A stretch of DNA of 64,000 bases, from assembly GCA_904063045.1 (NCBI GenBank), contig CAJFCJ010000007.1, forward strand, positions 2,425,404 to 2,489,403, in the 5' to 3' direction. Each line of letters opens with the position of its first letter. Position 1 is the stretch's first letter. This document shows positions 59,249 through 64,000 of the stretch, in pieces. A program made the position numbers and the translations under genes. The notes beneath the pieces were generated by a model. That model was given only the letters and a program-made list of their open reading frames with translations, did not search any database and was not told where the DNA came from. Source of the stretch: Dimorphilus gyrociliatus (lineage: Eukaryota; Animalia; Annelida).

Positions 59249-60043
59249 ATGTCTAATAATTTTCATCAAATGCATCGCGGAGGAGGAAGAATTCAGATTA
59301 TTTTTGGGCCAATGTTTTCTGGCAAAACGTAAATATAAAACACTTTTTATTGAAAGAAAACCTTACTTTCCACTTCTCCCTCTTTTAACAGCAGTGAATT
59401 GATAAGAAGAATGAAACGATTTCAGGTTGCAAATTATCATTGTCTCGTTGTTAAATACGAAAACGATACAAGGTATGACCAACAATGCTTGGCAACTCAC
59501 GACAAGCAAGTCTTATCGGCTGTATCAACATCAAAATTAGAGAAAATTAGACAATTAGCCGAAAATTGTGATGTAATTGGAGTCGACGAGGGTCAATTTT
59601 TTCCCGATATTGTTGAATTTTGCGAAGATATGGCTAATAGAGGTAAAATTATTATTATATCAGCCCTGGATGGAACTTTCCAGAGGAAACCGTTTGGAGA
59701 AATATTAGAGCTGGTACCTTTAGCAGAGAATGTAACAAAATTGACAGCAGTTTGTATGACATGCTACGGTGATGCATCATTTACTAAAAGGAAGGGCGGT
59801 GAAAAAGAAATAGAAGTTATAGGTATGTTTTCTATACAATTTTTACACTTCTTTATGATACATCATTAACAATTAACACTTCGAAAAATAGGCGGAATGG
59901 AAAAATACTTGGCAGTTTGCCGCACTTGCTATAACCTTAATATATATGAATCACCCAGAAAGAATGTAAACGATAATAACAAACGGCCCATGTCACCGGA
60001 GGTCAATGGTCAAACTAATGGAAAACGGATTTTATTGAATTAG
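59249..60043 (+). CDS. TK1: Cytosolic thymidine kinase
   Basis: GPMFSGKT|SELIRR P-loop; VIGVDEGQFF; SALDGTFQRKPF; KLTAVC..C and CRTC zinc site; 3 exons. Confidence 0.98.
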
Positions 60044-60153
60044 CCACTAATCCAAAGCAGAAACTCAGGGTTTTCGAAGAAATTTCAATCTTTTAAATTA
60101 TTTTTTATAATCTTGGTAATAGTTCACTCAATAATTACCACTTAAGTGTTTCT

Positions 60154-60977
60154 CTATTCGAGTTCATTGACATCTAAAGTAGATGCTGTAGATGAATCTA
60201 AAATTAACCAAACATCATCTTTCATAAATGACTGATCTTGAAATGTTGTAAGAGATTGAACAATAGAAACATCTTTTTCCACAGGCTTATATTTATTCGA
60301 CTTTATCCTAAAACGATCGACAAACTTAGAAAGCACGCCTGCTTTGTTATTCGTATTCAGTAGTAAGAAGTTTCCCTTCTCGTCAATCAAGTCGATCTTA
60401 TATAGGTTCTATAATTAGTTTTATTTCTTTGGATTAGAGGATATTTTAAAGTGGACTATAGTAAATTGTAATTTAGCTTACTTGATTGAATTCTTTGTAA
60501 TTTCTCCTCTGCTTTGCTAAATCTATACGCCTTATAACACACCAACACAAGAGAACGGAAAGAGTACCTATTTAATATTAATTTCGCGCTCAAGATATTT
60601 TATACATCTTTTCTATAGTATCTTAATTCTAGAGATACATGGGAAAAAAATTGAAAGGGAGAACTCACTTGCGATTGTCACAGCAAATAATATCAGACAT
60701 AAGCCGAATGTGGATAATGTAGGAACATTATTAGAGATTTGTTGCATCTCTGCTTCCTTTTCAACCATCAAGGCTAATTCTCGCCTGTACGTGCCATTAT
60801 TAATGACACTGTCTGAAATGTGAATCAGAAAGAGTCAATTAACGCTGCACTGACTCTTCTTCGTTAATTAGTATACTTCTTGAAATATTTGCTAATATTA
60901 CCTATGGTGCTATTAATAGCCAACAGCAATTCGGCCATAATATAAACAAATAACACTTGTAATAGTAGGGAAGACAT
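60154..60977 (-). CDS. Uncharacterised single-pass type I membrane protein (~190 aa)
   Basis: Four phase-consistent exons: signal MSSLLLQVLFVYIMAELLLA, short N-glycosylated ectodomain, TM FGLCLILFAVTIASTLSVLLCWCVI, basic stop-transfer RR, cytoplasmic tail. Confidence 0.7.
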
Positions 60978-62857
60978 ATTACAGTGTTTTTTTTTTATAT
61001 ATTGTATTCCTATATACTGAATACCAAATATATTTGATATTATATGGGATATATATACCGTATTTTTAAATATTAGACACTTAATTTGTGTCATAAGTGT
61101 TTATTGAAATCTTCTTTTTTGAATCTATTTAAACACGCAATAGTGTCTTTAGAAATTAACTATATGAAAAAAACGTTGACATATACTTAGAGAATCAATG
61201 CAAATACCTGATTGGTTAAACGCGTCGATAAGGCGCGCTACTGCAAAGCTCGAACGGATATACGTTCCTTGGTGGTCGTTTGCGGTATAGCAGGTACGTT
61301 GTTTTCTTTCCCTTTCCCCCTTTAGTTTACTCATTACCCTTTTTTTCTTCTTAATTGGACAAGTCGGACTCATAAATATTTTGTTTTTATTATCCTTTTA
61401 TCCTATTCTGTTTTTCCCTTTGTCGTTGCTATAAACCGAACTTGGTGAAACTTATAACTAATTTAGGGACCGTCCATTTTTCCCCTGCTGACAGTTCGCT
61501 CTTTTGATTTAATATACTTCGTTGTTTTATCTATGTGAACAAGATTTGGTTCTCTTTAATAAGATACTATCTTTTTTAACATGATAAGTTCTGCTTTTAT
61601 AGTCTTGTGCATTATTTATTAAGTAATTACATGGAAATCATTGAATATTTCTTCTAATAGTTAGTATTTCGTATTTTAATTAAGTGGAAGTTTTGTATAT
61701 ATTAAACACTAAGAGATAAACCTGAAAAAAACAGGCAGAGAAATTCAAATGTGAAATCATATTATTGATCAAAAAGTAGCACATGTTTCAACCAATTTTC
61801 TGATATCGACATAAAATGAATTCAACAGGTTTTTGATTTATCATCTTGCTCTCCTCCTTACATAAAAGCTGAAAAGAGTGATATACAATAAGTTACTAAA
61901 TGACGTATTTTATTCATAATTAATGTTGACGTAAACTATTTAGATTTGGAAAGACAAAGCTCTTTTAATATATAAAATCTATCTTTGGTATAAAACCAGA
62001 AAAAGTTGTAAAGCGACGCTTGATGGCTAAATTATTCCTTCTATTTTCCGACCGCTTAGATATGATGTTGTCGGTAAATGTCAGTAACAAAGTCACCGCC
62101 AGCCTAATTCGACATTTTGGTCAGCGAGAAAATAATCCTAGAATAAATTGACGGACAGACGTTTTATCGCAATAACATAATGGTGTTGAATAAAAGCACA
62201 ATCTTCTTATGGTGACAAGGTGCGTGTCACCGGGGACAACCCGGTGAGCGCAGACAAAATAGATTGTCCCCTTTAATAAACGCTTGCATCCAAAGTGTCA
62301 TGAAATTACTAATAACAGTATCGAATTTGATTTCAATCTTTTATACTTTATACTAACTTGACTTTCCTGTATGGTATCTTTCCAATTTGACAAGGAGTAG
62401 GGAAGAGAGGATCACTAGAATAAGATTCTTTTAAAAAAAAATGGAATAATCGTTGGACCGTAGCTGAGAATAGATTTTGTGTTAACAATACACGGGCTTT
62501 GAAATGAATAATGGCGTATATGTATTATAACTAGTATCCACTTTGAACATATTCTACCTTCTTTTGCAATCCGCTGTTATTAATCTACGTAGTGTTGAAA
62601 GGTTGAATTTAAGGAAATTCTGAAAAATGATTTGGTTCCAGCAGCCGACTTGGTCGGTAAATGCAATCACGTAATGATATCTTAGTGTTGTTGATATCAC
62701 TTACAAAAGCATCTTCGATAGTTAGCAATGATATACAAGTCTACATGTTTTCTTTTTCAGTTGGATTTTTGCCTTCGGTCAATTAATCAGCACTTGTCCG
62801 CTGGAACAACCGGGGGTGGAATTAATTGAGAAAAGTGTGTCAACACTAAAAAAAAAG

Positions 62858-64000
62858 ATGACAAACTATAGCTCTATGGAGGAGATAGAACCATACAAGT
62901 ATGATTTGGAAATGCGTTTGAATGAATTGCTACATTCTCCGATAAAAATGACCGCACTAACGTTAAGCCTTATTTGCATACTATCCAATCTCTTATCAGC
63001 CGCTGCTATCAGACAGACGCCTTCGAGAATAGGCTCGAAAGCACACTTCATGCTCATCTGCAGCCTCACCCTGTCTGATGCATTGATCGGCTTTAGCGTC
63101 GCTCTACATATGATAAACAAAGTTTTAAAACCAAGTTCTACTAAAGATGCTCCCTTCCTTTTACTGGTATCGGAGTGCTCTTATATTTCGATAAAAGCGT
63201 TGAATAGCACATCTTTTGTAATAAGTCTTTTAAATCTTGTTGCAATGGCAATTGACCATTACTTAGCTATACTAAGACCATTACATCATCCTTCTTTATT
63301 GACAACACGTAGGACGGCCATTATAATATCTATGCTGTGGATTTTCTCCTTCATTGCTGGCTTTAGCGATTTCTTTACACCTTTCCTTATTAATCCCCAC
63401 TACAGCGGTGAGCTGAATTATTGCAAGAGGGTCATGTTTAATAAGTATAACGAAGAGTACTTAGTATTTACCATTGCCTTTGGAGCACTGGGCTTAATGG
63501 CATTCGTCTATGTTCGGATATATCTTAAAGTTCGACAGCGCCACAGAATGCCGTTGTTTCAGGACACAGGCGAGGCAATCAGAGCCAGTCATCAGCGAGC
63601 CTTAATTACAACACTCTTAATTTTGGGGACGTTCATTATAACTTGGCTACCTCTTTGTTTATTCGAAGTGGTACTTATCATTTACGTCAGCATCGATCCA
63701 GATTATTTGCCCACTCATCCAGAATTATTGCAACGATTAACGTACGCCAATGAGTTACTGTATGATCTGCTTCTCATGAACACTATCGCAGACCCGTTGA
63801 TTTACGCCATCAGAACACCGGAAGTAAGACTTGGCTACTCTAGATTATATTACAAACTCACTTGCCGTTCGAATAAACTAAATAGACATATAAAAAGACA
63901 AACAAGCGATTCGCAATTGAATCCAACATATTGTAGCGTCGCAATGACAGAAACCAGGTCTATTCGTCGAAACGATCCTAGTTCCTCAATAAAGCTCTAA
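62858..64000 (+). CDS. Orphan rhodopsin-like (class A) GPCR, intronless coding region
   Basis: Seven hydrophobic segments; LTLSDALIG (TM2), MAIDHYLAILRPLH (DRY variant), FIITWLP (TM6), DPLIY (NPxxY variant); ATG 62858, TAA ends at 64000. Confidence 0.92.
   Translation: MTNYSSMEEIEPYKYDLEMRLNELLHSPIKMTALTLSLICILSNLLSAAAIRQTPSRIGSKAHFMLICSLTLSDALIGFSVALHMINKVLKPSSTKDAPFLLLVSECSYISIKALNSTSFVISLLNLVAMAIDHYLAILRPLHHPSLLTTRRTAIIISMLWIFSFIAGFSDFFTPFLINPHYSGELNYCKRVMFNKYNEEYLVFTIAFGALGLMAFVYVRIYLKVRQRHRMPLFQDTGEAIRASHQRALITTLLILGTFIITWLPLCLFEVVLIIYVSIDPDYLPTHPELLQRLTYANELLYDLLLMNTIADPLIYAIRTPEVRLGYSRLYYKLTCRSNKLNRHIKRQTSDSQLNPTYCSVAMTETRSIRRNDPSSSIKL

Noticed and set aside
61149-61373. 74-aa minus-strand ORF
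   Set aside because: Overlaps a CpG-rich putative promoter or 5'UTR exon; composition driven by purine tracts; no homology recognised.

Overview
Very compact, AT-rich eukaryotic (bilaterian invertebrate) genomic DNA with about 21 protein-coding genes in 64 kb, most split by short (about 45-90 nt) GT-AG introns. A miniaturised lophotrochozoan or annelid-type genome is my inference, not something the sequence proves. Recognisable genes: ERG-type K+ channel (KCNH2), RIF1, DHX15, HERPUD, eIF2A, a CARM1-like PRMT, aminopeptidase N, SUGCT, an XDH-family molybdo-flavoenzyme, an intronless CYP4, TMEM42, DNTTIP2/FCF2, TK1 and an orphan class A GPCR. There are also several lineage-specific genes. No rRNA, tRNA, CRISPR array or intact mobile element was seen. 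Best observations: (1) a U12-type AT-AC intron in eIF2A; (2) a decayed inverted copy of eIF2A 5 kb away, invisible in the ORF track (45/50 nt core match); (3) a small secreted protein with an ITIH-type GDPH autocleavage module on an unrelated N-terminal domain; (4) an XDH-like enzyme with altered substrate-binding residues co-oriented with a CYP4 and SUGCT (speculative omega-oxidation cluster); (5) a secreted protein with two DUF4082-like repeats; (6) a C-type lectin plus about 10 laminin-EGF receptor that needs a GC-AG intron; (7) a GC-rich two-state hairpin upstream of the GPCR. Exon structures were reconstructed by eye and coordinates are approximate gene spans.
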